The translations under genes and the position numbers were made by a program. From Lepidodermella squamata (lineage: Eukaryota > Animalia > Gastrotricha), in NCBI GenBank assembly GCA_047495785.1, contig JBLDXI010000018.1, forward strand, positions 1 through 64,000: a stretch of DNA of 64,000 nucleotides. Direction: 5' to 3'. Within the stretch, counting starts at the first letter, position 1, and every line of letters begins with the position of its first letter. This document shows positions 44,748 to 57,423 of this stretch, one piece after another. The notes under the pieces were generated by a model. That model had not been told where the DNA came from. It made no database searches and was given only the letters and a program-made list of their open reading frames with translations.

Positions 44748-46590
44748 CTAATAACCGACAACCATCTTTTGCACGTAATAAGCATCAACCGCCGCACTGA
44801 CTATAATAACGAAACTTGCAAAAAAGACGTCGGAAATTCTCACCATCCTCAGAGATACTTTCTTCTCCAACAAACGAATAGCCACAGCGTACGTGATGAA
44901 TTCATAAAAGCTTAGAACAAGCCCCATGACAAATTTAAATGCTACAACGTTTACGATGTAAACAGTTTCAGATGTCTTAGGAATGTTCTGGAAAGCCAGA
45001 GAAAGCAACACGGAAAAGACTATTACCAAGGCCACGCCGATGTTCGCTCTATCAGGGGAATCCGGAGGTGTCACTAGTGAAGCAATCTGGAGTATATACA
45101 GCGAAATTACGGGTAAGAATAGGTTTGCGGCATAGTACTCGGCCCGGCGTTTGAATTTGACAGGGAAAGCCATGCGCAAAACAGCCGTGTCACCCGATAG
45201 ATTACTCAGTTTCAGATAAGCCGGGCTGCAACCGGCGAAATTCCAAATATCCGTATCGCTGATGAATGTGTCCCTCGCAGATAAGTCCACTTCGAATCTT
45301 GTGACATTGAATAAAATGTAGCCGATATCTTCCTCGCTGTCGATGAAAATGTTGCACTCAAGGGTGTCGAAAGGAAATCTGGCGAAATTAAACTCAGCAC
45401 ACACAGAGTCAAAGCGGGTAGTCATCCATGTCTGTAGAATGCCGTCGTTGAAGAATGGCCAGATGGAGATTTGGTTTCGTAAATCGCTAAAAATAAAAAA
45501 TGCTTCTAATAAGAACTTCCACTTCCGTGGCCGATCACAAGCTTATATACAGCTTTGGGGTTTATATACAGTGCTCCCTCGATAACTGCTCAGGGTCGGA
45601 GTCCAGAACCCAGACCCGAGACCCGAGATATTATCGAGGGAAACAGTTATCAAGGGTCAAGGGATTTACGTTTTTTGCTTTAACATGCGCAACATATTAT
45701 GGTGCCACGCGGCAGGTGGCAGCTTTGATTCTCAAAAAGTGTTGTATTTATTAGAGAGGGTATGCTGATGAAAGGGGTGCAGTTATCGAGGGAGCACTGT
45801 ATAGATTGCTGTATAGATCGCAAGAATTCGAGTCATCTCCCTCAATCTTCAATTTCTCGTCACTGGCCGTGAACATTTATATATAATCTTGTAATATTGA
45901 GCTTGTTTAAAAGATCATGGTCGCGGTGAAATGGGAAATCGTCATAGAAATTTGAATTGATTATTTTACCCTTTCATGTTTCCTGGCCGAATTCAAATTC
46001 ATCAAATTCAAATTACCGTGAATTTTAAAAGACTAAATTCCGAAATCGTCCTCATGGCCCCATGAAAGGGTTACAGCATACCTGAACAAGGGCGCAGACT
46101 GTCTTAGCGGATTCGCGTGAATTATTGGCGGAATCCAATGATTCTTAACTGGTTTCGCAACTTTCATCTGCATTAAAGTGTCGTTTCCTGTCAACGTTCG
46201 GCAGAGCGTTTCATTGTTGATGAGGTCGCTGCAACTTGCGACTGGGCAGGTCGTTCGCCACGTGGCAGTCACAGCGGCAAATATAGATAGGCTTAATGAG
46301 TTTAAAAAGCGAGCATTGTCATACAACGTAATGCTTGTTGAGGCCTACCTCTGTTCTAGATCATTTATTCCCATGAATCGATAGAGAGTGAATTCGATTC
46401 CAACTTCAATCGGCCGGTTTCGATTGAAGAGCCAGTAGTTAGGCAGCGCATTGGATGAAGCTTCCGGGCAGAATTGGTCATAAGCTTCTTCAATTGAAAT
46501 CTTAACCATTGAATTTTTTACTGGCTCAAGCCTTGCTTCTGAATGGTAGCGTAATGGAAGGCTCAGCAATACAAGAAAAACACTTGACAT
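44748..46590 (-). CDS. Divergent Cys-loop LGIC subunit, subfamily A copy 2 (3 exons)
   Basis: Signal peptide; YDQFCPEASS; WIPPIIHAN; CAEFNFARFPFDTLEC; M1-M4 all in the last exon. Confidence 0.85.
45569..45799. mobile_element. Tc1/mariner(pogo)-type MITE in intron 2 of LGIC copy 2
   Basis: Perfect 21-bp TIRs CAGTGCTCCCTCGATAACTGC flanked by TA on both sides. Confidence 0.88.
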
Positions 46591-47660
46591 TCGTGCAGCT
46601 GGCTGATTACCGGCTGAATTGACAGCATCCGAAGCTCAAACACACGTTTCGGCTGCTATAGAATCACCAGTTGAAGTTGAACATGCCTGTGTAGGCATTC
46701 GAGTCAATTTTGTTGCGCGCTGCTGCCGGTAGAATCAACATTGCAAAATTACACCTAGCTGATCCCTGTTGATTTTAATCAGCATCGAATTCCGGGAGTA
46801 AGCCCCGCTTTTTAGTGTTTTCTCGTCATATATGTTGTACGCCTATAAGGGATTTAAGCCTTATCATATCATAGAGTCTTGAAACTTCCGATAAAACTGC
46901 ATTTCGTATTGGTGAAGCGGGAGACATGCAATCATTCGTCCAAAACATGAATTCTGATTAAAATAAAAAAGGCTATAATGGTTTTCGAGATAATTCGGCG
47001 TGTTTTAGTGGAAAGTCTCCAAAATTTTCTCGCTTCGCTCTGTTATTAGCCCAAATGACCCGTCATCTTGGCAAAAACCGCAAACTATTTGTTGCGATCC
47101 ATAACACTCCTAGCTTCAACTTCAACCGTTAGCCGTTGTTCCAACTTATTACGTGAGTCTCGGAAAGATTGCAGACATTCTTTCAACTTTCACTACCAAT
47201 CTGGCGATACGAAAACGAAAAGAGATTGCTTGCATGGGCATAGGCAGTCATTCCACCCTCCAATATGGGCCAGCGGGAAGTTTTGAAGGCATTTCCGAGC
47301 TGCTTTTTGAAAGTTTATCGCCTGAAGCTTGTTTTTGTCTCCGTGGAATGATCAGCTTTTTTATATCCGTCTATTTCGATCGAGAGGTTTTCAATCTGTC
47401 CCTTTTTCAACTTTTAGCAGCGATGGCTAGGCAACACTGTGGAGTGTGGAATTAGCTCGTGAGATTTTGTGAGCTTACTCAGTAAAATAATTCTTGAAAC
47501 TTCCTTGTAGCAATGCGTTATTTTCACCAAACTAAACAGACAAATTAGTGTTTCAGTGCTTTTGTTATGAAAACATTATAGACAATGAATCATAGCATCA
47601 TAGCATTATAGATAATTAAAATGCATTCATCAATATCCAGATCTCACTTTGGGCGGCCCA

Positions 47661-49480
47661 CTAATAACCCACAACCATCTTCTGCAAGTAGTAAGCATCT
47701 ACCGCTGTACTGACGATGACAACAAGGCTTGCAAAAAAAACGTCTGTCACTCTCACCATCGCCAAAGATGCTTCTCTTTCCAACAGATGACATGACAAAG
47801 CGTATGTGATGAATTCATAAAAGCTTAGAACAAGCCCCATGACAAATTTAAATGCGACAACGTTCACGAAGTAAACAGTTTCAGATGTTTTAGGAATGTT
47901 GTCGAATACCAGAGAAAGCAACAAGCAAAATGATATTACCAAAGCTACGCCGATGTTCGCTCGATCAGGGGAATCCGGCGGCGTCACAAGTGTAGCAATC
48001 TGGAGTATATACAGCGAAATTACGGGTAAGAATAGGTTTGCGGCGTAGTACTCGGCCCGGCGTTTGAATTTGACCGGGAAAACCATGCGTAAAACATCTG
48101 AACTGCCCGATAGATTAGATAGCTTAACATAAGCCGTACCGCAACCGGCGAATTCCCAAATATCCGTATCGCCGATAAATGTGACCCGCGCAGATGTGTC
48201 GACTTCGAAATTTGTAATATTGAACATAATGTAGCCGTAATCTTCATCGCTGTCGAGGAAAATGTTGCATTCAAGGGTGTCGAATGGAAATCTGGCGAAG
48301 GAAAATTCGGCGCATAATGAGTCCAAACGGGTAGTCTCCCATGTCTGCAGAATGCCCTCTTTATAGAGGGGGTTGATGGAGATGTGGCTTTTCTGATGAT
48401 CCCTAAATGAAAGAGGACGTCAAATGACAACGTTGTATACCGCGATACTAAGCCATCTCTAAGCTACTTAAACTAACAACTGACTCTTACTAACAGTCGT
48501 TAAACTAGAACTAGAAAAACTAAACCATAGAAAAAATACTGAAAAGTAGAAAAATTCGGCTAATCGATTTATCTCGTTTTGTCGACTTTTTCGGCAGCAC
48601 TTTTTCCGCAGCGACGATGCACCGGAAATGTGAAAATCATCCAGCAGCGAAGACTTTCAATTAGAAATTACGGCGGTACCGGCAGAGAGCGAAGCACCAC
48701 TACCATTGGAACTGGTAATGATGGCGGGGATCATCCCTACCACTCCCAATGGCCCGAAGGGGGAGCTCAGTCAGTAACCAAAGGGGGCCCTTATGTCGAT
48801 TATTGTTATCCCTCCTAGTTCTGCGCGGTTCTACTTCGCTCATGCGGTACAGTAACACCCAGCTCGAGAGACAAGAAGACCAGACAAGAAAGTTCGAAAA
48901 AGCCACAGGATCCTATTTCGCACACTGATCATCGCGAATTTGTAAACAGTCATCTATTCTTCAAAGTTTACCTGAAAAAGGGTGGAGGCTCTCTCAGTGG
49001 ATTCGCGTGAATGATTGGTGGAACCCAGTGTTTCTCGAGAGGTTTATATATTACCAGCTGCTCTAAAATGTTGTTACTTTCCAAAGATCGGCAGAGCGTA
49101 TCATTTCCGATGAGTTCAGTGCACTTCGCTATTGGACAAGTCGTTTGCCACGTGGCAACCACAGCGGTAAATAGAGACAAGCTTGAGTTTTTCGAAAAGC
49201 AAGTATTGTCATACAACGTACTGCCCGTTTAGGCCTACCTCTGTTCTAGATCATTTATTCCCATGAATCGATAGAGAAGTAATTCGATTTCAACTTCAAT
49301 CGGTCGGTTACGATTTATCAGCCAGTAGTTAGGTAGCGCATTGGATGAAGCTTCCGGGCAGAACTGGTCATAGGCTTCTTCAAAAGAACTATTAACGATT
49401 GACTTATCTGGCTCATGCATTGCTCCTGAAGGGTAGCATGATATCAGAAGATTCAGCAAGCTAAGGGTAACTTTTGACAT
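47661..49480 (-). CDS. Divergent Cys-loop LGIC subunit, subfamily A copy 3 (3 exons; close paralog of copy 2)
   Basis: CAEFSFARFPFDTLEC; TM region nearly identical to 44748-45425. Confidence 0.85.
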
Positions 49481-50206
49481 TTGCGCTGCTTATCGGCTGA
49501 ATATGCAGCATTCGAATAGAACTTAAACACACGTTTCAGCTTACATAGAATCAATAGTTGAACATAGCGCCGCAGCCAGTTGGATCAGCACTACGAAATG
49601 CCAGTTGATTGCTGTTGATTTTAATCGTGATCAAATATCCGGGTGATTCGCATTTTGGTTGTTTTCTTTTTTTTCCATTTCGTAGAGTATCTTGTCAGCC
49701 AAAAACAGTGTGCGAAGTCTGATCCGGGAGCTGAGGCGTGTTACAGCACCCATCCGAAAAACCCAAAGGGTTCCCCTTGTTTGGAATCCCTAATAAGATG
49801 AGGTGTCGTAACACCCTAGCACCCCTGAATTTCGAAACCTTTTGGCCCAAAATCATTGGGCAGTATATAAATGTATTTGTGATTTGAGGAGTAACCACAC
49901 ACAGTGCGCACTATTATCAACTTTAACGCTCGGTTGCAGTTGTGGTCATCGTTCAATCAATCTTTCTTTAATTGTTCTTCCAATCTTTGTGTGTTCCAAC
50001 AGCCTACCGAACGAAAAGCTCTTTATTTTGTCCTTTTTTCCAGATAAAACGAACGAAAATGTACAATTTGGAAGGTAAGAAAAAAGGCGCAGGCACATCA
50101 CGAAAAGGCGCTTGTCCGGGACAGTGCGCCACTCATAACATCGGACGCGCACATACTGAAATTATCGCAAGGAGCGGAATTATCAGACACAGCAGAAGAC
50201 AGAAGG

Positions 50207-50810
50207 CTAGTGATTAGTGGTAGGACACTGGACGGCTTGTAAGTGCGAGGACAGACTGGGCAGGCGACAGCGCTGCTCCAGCGCACTAACACGAACGCGA
50301 TCATCGAGACGGACATGGAGAATGGCGCGCAGACAGTTATTCTGAAGCACGTCTAGGCGGCGGAGCTGTGTCTTCGCAGCAGACGCAAAGGAAACGAAGC
50401 CGAAGGTGGCGATGGAACGGACGAGCGCCAGGTAGGCGGTGCGGCGCCACCGGAAAGACAGCCCTGGCCGGCTAACAACCGAGCGGAACCACGACAAATT
50501 TTTCCCACAGCGATGGAGCACATGGTCGATATGGGGCTTCCAGGTCAACTTCTCATCGAACAGAATGCCCAGAATTCGAAGTACAGAGACTTGCGGGATG
50601 ACAGCGCCTCCAAGCACGAGCCTCACACCGGGGGGGGGGGGGGGGCGACGGGAGAATGCGACAACCTCTTGGCGGCGTTGATTTGCTGCCGCCACAGGCA
50701 CGCCCAAGCGGCGACGCGATCGACTTCCGCCTGAGCACACAGCTCAGCTTCGGGGAACGAGGCACCAGAACCGACAACCGTCAGGTCATCAGCATAGGCA
50801 TCCAAGTCAC
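50207..50810 (-). mobile_element. Degenerate GC-rich non-LTR retrotransposon RT fragment
   Basis: AYADDL; LGILFDEKLTWKPHI; YLALVRS; LDVLQNNCLRAI; frameshifted. Confidence 0.8.
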
Positions 50811-51244
50811 AGCCAGGGGCACTGGGGGTCCTACCATGATGTGTGTTGACAATTTGTTGTTTGACTATTATGTACCAAGTACCACATGAACGATAAAACT
50901 CACTTATATTTATTTGCCAGTGATCCCAGTGATGGGAACTCCCTGTTGTCGTGGGTCTTCTTCGTTTCGTGTGAATGTACGTTAAGGAGGATATGAGTGC
51001 CCTCTAAAAAAATGGAGAGTTCTCCCTCCACTGTCAAAGACAAAGGCCGACAGTGGCAATTCAATTCACTGAATTGCTAAATAATTGTAAAGATTCATAT
51101 TCATACTTCTGCTGCGTACACTATTTCCGATTTTTAGCACGATGGGCATTTCGTAGTTTTATTATAATGGGCCTTTCGACGTTAAAATAAAATAACACAA
51201 ATGGGAATCTCGGTCAGAAGTTTTTAACAATGAGTGTTTTTGCA

Positions 51245-51812
51245 TATCGTTGGTATCGCGAGTTAAGGTGCCAAGTGACATTTTTTCGGAAAACGTTTTT
51301 ATGATGGATTCTTACTAATGTTGATACGGCCGATCGAATGGTGACCTCCGTTTCTCAAAATACCCTTCGGAAGTCAAAGGTGCCAAGTGCAAATTTCATC
51401 CGAATTACAAAACTTTTACACCAAAATGATCGTATTAGCCTTCTGAATCGAACTATGTAAAAAATTCATCGCGAAATCATAAAATAACGGTCGAATTCAT
51501 GCTGGAAACTAACTAAAAATGAGCAAATTTATTGCATTCGAGTTTTAAATTTTTTTTTAGTGTGTGATGCATTGTTGCGTCATCGTTTTGTGCATGCGTA
51601 TTTTGGTTAAAGGTGCCAAGTACACCTTATCTCACGCGGGAGCAATTTTCACGTGAAACGAACCATGCCATCGCATTTCTCGCCCCGTAATACCCCCGGG
51701 TTCCAAGCCATGAGAAAAAATACCGGATCAATTTGGAATAAACACGTTTTTTTCGTCTCCTGGAAAATTATGAAAAATGCACTTGGCACCTTTACTCGCG
51801 ATACCAACGATA
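51245..51812. mobile_element. TIR MITE (about 570 bp) with repeated AAGGTGCCAAGT motif
   Basis: tatcgttggtatcgcgagttaaggtgccaagtg at 51245 and its inverted copy ending at 51812; internal copies of the motif near 51377 and 51610. Confidence 0.75.
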
Positions 51813-52274
51813 TATTTATATATTTTTTTTTTCGCTTTGTTGTTTCCTTTGGGTAGAAAAGGAAAGGAAAGATTCGTTGGCAGATTCGATGCAGATTTGG
51901 CACTGACGAAAAGGAGGCTAATTTCAGGGCTCAAGGTGTATCATCTGAAAGACCGAAGGCAGGGATCAGCTCAGATGAAAACCTTTCGTTTTTTGGCTAG
52001 GTAAATATTGCATTTACTTCCCTCTCTGTATAGCGATATCTTTGCTTTCTGATTTGATTGGAAAGGCATGGTGAGTCATGTGATGTAATAAAGCGAACCA
52101 TTTTCAAACTCGTAGATAAAAAATTTGGCAGTAAAATCAATTTCCGGCGAATGTTCGCCCGAAGTATCACTGCAGAAAAATATTTTGATCGATGATTGTT
52201 TGAGCCCTCATCGGCCGACTAAAAACATATAAAGGATTCCATCAGTTATAGTTTCATCAAGCGCGCAAATAATT

Positions 52275-53627
52275 ATGCGGATTTCTGAAGCTCTCATAGT
52301 TTTTGCTTGTATGTTAACTGTCCTCACATATCAAGTGTCCAGCAAAAACTACGAACCCGCTGCCATGAGGAAGCTTTTCTTCAAGCTGTGCCCTATTGCT
52401 CTTGCTGAAAATCTACCCGCGGAACATCACCAGCTGATTGGTGATCTGTCAACGCCGATAAACAGCTACCTACAATCGAGTCTCCTTTACATTGAGGATG
52501 TTAGCGATCTTGATATGAGGTATAGGGTGGACAAAATGGATTTATATTTCTCCAGTCTTGAAAACTAGTTAGACTTGTTGTCTTATGATCTGCAAAATCG
52601 GGCATTTTAACTAGAGCTCGCATGTAGAACCGTTCATATATTTGTCTAGTGTGACTGCGATGATGTCAATTCGGATTTTTTGGGAAATTCCGTGCGATCG
52701 TGATATCAGAAACGAGTTGTGGCCTGACTACCAAAAACTCAACAGTACTCACCTGGCAAGAGTTCAATTCGAAGTTCCAGTCGATCGAGTTTGGTGGCCT
52801 GATATGCAGCACTTGAACGCCATTGGCGAATCTCGGCCATTAAGAAAGTAAGTGGCTAACTTTACCAACAAATGAATGCTTATCGCATCCCTTTCAGTGA
52901 GAGATTAATCAAAGTTCGGCCGTTTGTTGGTCCGAAACCAAGGTTTCTGATCTACGCAGTGCGTCCGTTCAAAACTACCTGCTTCTTTTTCAAGTATACA
53001 AAATTTCCCTTCGATGCCTCAACTTGCACGTTCGAGTTTGAGAATGAGAATTTGGCGAATGAAGTAGACTTGAAAGTTGAGTTAATAACGTATGTTGTTC
53101 GTTATTCTCCTCTCCGCAACAACGAAATTTGGGAGTTCGTCGACTTTAACGGATCGCTTTCAAATGTGACGGGCTTTCCACATGCCACGATCAACCTGAC
53201 ACTGAAGAGAAAGCCTCAGTACTACGTTGCGAATGTATTTGTCCCTTCTTCGACTCTGTTTATTTTGCAAATTTCAGCCTTGATCATGGACCCACGACAC
53301 CCTGATCGGCCTAACTTCTGCATAACCGTCAACCTGGCGACTTCAGTCCTTCTTGCACTGGTTGACTCGCTCATCCCACGGACCGCCGATGAAGTTTACC
53401 TGATCAACATCTTAATAAGCTCCAATGTTATCTGCGTCCTGATAACTATTTACGCCTTGGTAACTCTAACTCTCAGCGAGCAGAAACTCGGTAAAATTCG
53501 TCTAAGGAAAGGGAATGATTCAAAAGGTGTGAGACTCTTGAGAATTATCGATGCACTGGTAGCCACTAGCGCTTTTCTTATTTTTTTGGCGATCGTTGTA
53601 TATTATGGTTGCAAGATGCTGGAATGA
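52275..53627 (+). CDS. Divergent Cys-loop LGIC subunit, subfamily B copy 1 (3 exons)
   Basis: Signal peptide; IEDVSDLDMR; WWPDMQHLNA; CFFFKYTKFPFDASTC; LKRKPQYY; four TMs; IPRTAD. Confidence 0.85.
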
Positions 53628-53778
53628 GTCTGTAGCAAGAACATAATTATCTTGTATCTTTCATCGCCAGACCAGTGTATAATAGCTTTAACTTTGTTTT
53701 CAGCTCTCACAAAAAATTGGCAAATATGACAAATGAAATATTGAAAATACTCATAATTTACTGATAATTAGTAGGGAA

Positions 53779-55144
53779 TCAAATCATTTTTTGTACATAA
53801 TATGCGTCGACCAAAGCAGTTATAATAACGACCAAACTCGCAGCGCAAACATCCGCAACTCTGAGATACTCAACAGATTTGTGATTTTCCGATCTGTGTA
53901 GCGACACAGTGAACGTAATAAACTCATAGAAGCATATGACAAGCCCCATGATGAATTTGAAAGTGACGATTCAGACAAGGTAAACTGTCTCTGAAGTCTT
54001 TGGTATGTTCTCGAACACCAATGACAGCATAACAGCAAACGTTAAAACCAAAGCGACGCTGACACCAGGTCGATCCGGTAAATCCGGCGGTAAAACCAGT
54101 GTTGTAGCTTGAAGTATGTACAGCGAGATAACCGGCAGAAATAAATATGCGACGTAATATTCTGCTCGACGTTTGAATGTAACCGGGAAAAACATTCGAG
54201 TAGTTCCTCCCTCCCCGTAACCAATACGGGTCGTACCACAGCCCACGAATGCCCAGAGATCTGTGTCCCCGATGAATGTCAGCCTGAAAGTCGATTCAAG
54301 GTCAAAATTTGTGATATTATATGAGACGTATTCGTGGACTTCTTCGTTCTCCAAGACAATATTGCACTCGAAAGAATCGAATGGGAATTTGGCGAATGAA
54401 AATTCAGCGCACACAAGCGATTTGTCGCCAAAATCAATGATATGCCATCGTGAAGGAATGGCCAGGTTGTTACTTTTTTGCCAGGATCGCTAAAAAGTTG
54501 AAAATACACAACTATACATATAAATGTCTTTGAATATTGATGAATTGCGTGATTAATATCAAATTTTCGATTTTAACATTATTTCACTTTCTCGTGACAG
54601 TTACGCCTCAATAACTCAACATATTTTGCTTCAAAATTGTGAAGAATTACCTGAATAGCGCTGGAGATGTTTTCAGAGGGTTGACATGAACGAGCGATGG
54701 GACCCATTGATACATTCCCAGCTTCATTACTGTCAGCTGTGTCAGCTTTTGTGTCTCTATTAAATCTTTGCATAGTGTTTCGTTTTGAATTAGGTCTTCG
54801 CAACTCGCGACTGGACAAGTGGATCGCCAAGATGCCATCATTGACACGAGCAAGGACAAGCTATAATACTCGACAATTTATGAATCAACTATGATTTCCT
54901 TAAATTATTACCTTTGATCAAGGTCATCGACCGACATGAATCGATAAATTCGAAAGTCTATTTGCACCTCAAGTGGTCGATTGCGGTAGATTATCCAATA
55001 GTTGGGTAAATCTGGGGAAGAAGCTTCAGGGCAGAACTCATCGTAAGCTTTCCCTAGCGAAACCTTGGATAGTTCTGGAGCGTCTGAAGCTTCGGAAACA
55101 CAGATAAAATTTAAAAGGTTCAGCAGTAGCGCTCTCCCTTTCAT
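53779..55144 (-). pseudogene. Cys-loop LGIC subfamily A copy 4 with a single in-frame TGA (53971-53973) at the start of M3
   Basis: ETVYLV*IVTFKFIMGLVICFYEFI...DAYYVQKMI*; the frame is conserved beyond the stop. Confidence 0.75.
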
Positions 55145-55588
55145 TTTCTAAATGGATGACTCGACTCGACAAAGACTCGAGATCGCTGTCTATTTCGATA
55201 CATGTTTTCAGTGGCTCTTTACAGAGCATTGATCTTCGCCTACCATTTCAATTTATTGACGGTGTGCTTGTGGTAAAATTTGATCTTTCATTCGCTTAGT
55301 ATACCAATAGAGCTTGTTGACATTTGACATTTTTATCCGGATGTGTTTTGTTCTTTCCATGCCTTAAACAATTCAACATTGAATTATACTAGAAGCAGCT
55401 AGCTGATTTTATTTAGAGTGGTCTGCAAATCGATACATTCAAAAAAAGAACGTGAGAAATGGATGAAACGGCATGAATCATGACTAACAAGAATTATCGC
55501 CTCCTAAAAACTTGCTTCATGTAATTTTAAAGAATCCGCTGAATAGAATACAGAATGACAGATACACAGAACACATAATTTTCATGCT

Positions 55589-56906
55589 TCATGGTCCGTG
55601 AACGATTTTAACCATGTAGTACGCATCGACCGAAGCGCTTAACACAATGACGCTGCTTGCAAAGCAAATATCTGCTATTCTCACGCAGCCGATGGGCCTT
55701 TGATTGGCCAATCGGTGTACAGAAATTGTGTGGGTAATGAACTCATAGAGGCAGAGAACAAGCCCCGTCGTGAATTTGAACGTGACTATGTTGACCAGGT
55801 AAACAGTTTCCGAGGTTTTCGGTATGTTTTCGAATACCAAGGACAGCAGAACTGAGAATGATAGCACTAGGGCGACGCCAATACCAGCTCGATCTGGAGA
55901 ATCAGGCGGCATAATCAGGGTTGAAATTTGAAGGCTAAATAGCGAGATCACCGGCAGAAATAGATTAGCTGCGTAGAACTCGGCTCGTCGTTTGAACTTG
56001 ACCGGGTAAACCAGTCGCGAAGTAACGAAATCGCCTGTTTGATTCGTGAAATTCAAATACGGACTTCCGCAACCCAGAAAACTCCAGACATCTGTATCGC
56101 CGATGAAACTGTCCCGCGACGATACATCGACTCCAAAGATAGGATCAATTGCAAATGTTACGTAGTTGATGCCGTCGTCGCTTTCGAATATTATGTTGCA
56201 TTCCAGCGTGTCGAATGGAAATCTCGCGAAGACGAATTCGGCACAATTCGATTCAAGTCGAAGGGTGATCCAAGCTTCTACGTTATACCCATCTGCAGCA
56301 AACGGGTACATTGTGATCGTGTTATCGAGATCCCTAGTGGAATGGTAAAAGTTGGAAAGTAGACAGGAAAAACGGACGCAGCGTGAATATGATAAGCTGA
56401 AATACCTAAAGAATGCTGGTGAATTTTTCAGTGCGTTGACGTGAGATATGGGCGGAACCCAGAGTGACTTGGTTGGCTTAACCAGCTTCAAATGCTCCAA
56501 ATAGCCTTGCTCTTCTAATGATTCGCATAGTGCTACGTCGCTAAATAGATCATTGCAGTTAGGCACAGGGCAAGTTGTGCTCCACCTCGTCAGTATTAAC
56601 ACTGAAAGTGATAAGCTAAAACGCAGGGAATGAATGATTCCTAATGATACTAATTATCAAGTCGCACCTTTGTTCAAGATCATTGATGCCCATAAAACGA
56701 TAGAGGGTGAATGCGAAAGATACTTCAATGGGTTTTTTTCGCTTGATCAGCCAAAAGTTCGGCAGATTCTCAGAGGAAGCCTCGGGGCAAAATTTGCTGT
56801 AAGCTTCCTCTAGCCACCCGTCATCCCCGGATTTTTCAAACGTTTCCGCACAACCAGAATGGAAGACAAGCGCAAGCAATAAGTTGGGATAAGATAAGAT
56901 TGTCAT
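55589..56906 (-). CDS. Divergent Cys-loop LGIC subunit, subfamily A copy 5 (3 exons; intron 56334-56405 is in-frame and stop-free, so the ORF track reads through it)
   Basis: WVPPISHVNA; CAEFVFARFPFDTLEC; M1-M4. Confidence 0.85.
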
Positions 56907-57423
56907 CGAACAAAAATATATGCACCTGACAACAATATGTCTCCTATAATATCATAATTGAATAACTTCGAAGTATAACACAATTTTCTGAATGCTTGCA
57001 TAGCATTGATTTAAAATCAAGAATATACATGGGGAAGTAACCCATCGCAATTTCGCTGCTGAAATGCACACGTATATTTACTTCAATGATAGCATTTCAA
57101 ATTTGCCTGGAGGAACTAGATAATGACAAGTGAACGAGTCAACTTCACTGTTTATTTCAGTGAAAGTCGGCCGATAAATATTGACCTGGCTAATGCTCGC
57201 CTCTGACCTCTGAGGATTTTCAAGACCAAAAGACCAGTCCCACTCTGATTACAAACACCGTCTGAGTTGGGAAACTTGAGAAATTCGAAAAAAATAAGAT
57301 GGAATGTTCTTTCATTATCAAAGAATGATTTCAAAGAATGTCCGTATCAGGTTTATTAGGGAAAACATATTACTTTAAGTAACAACAGTACACTGATTCA
57401 CCGTTTCACATTATATCAATGCA

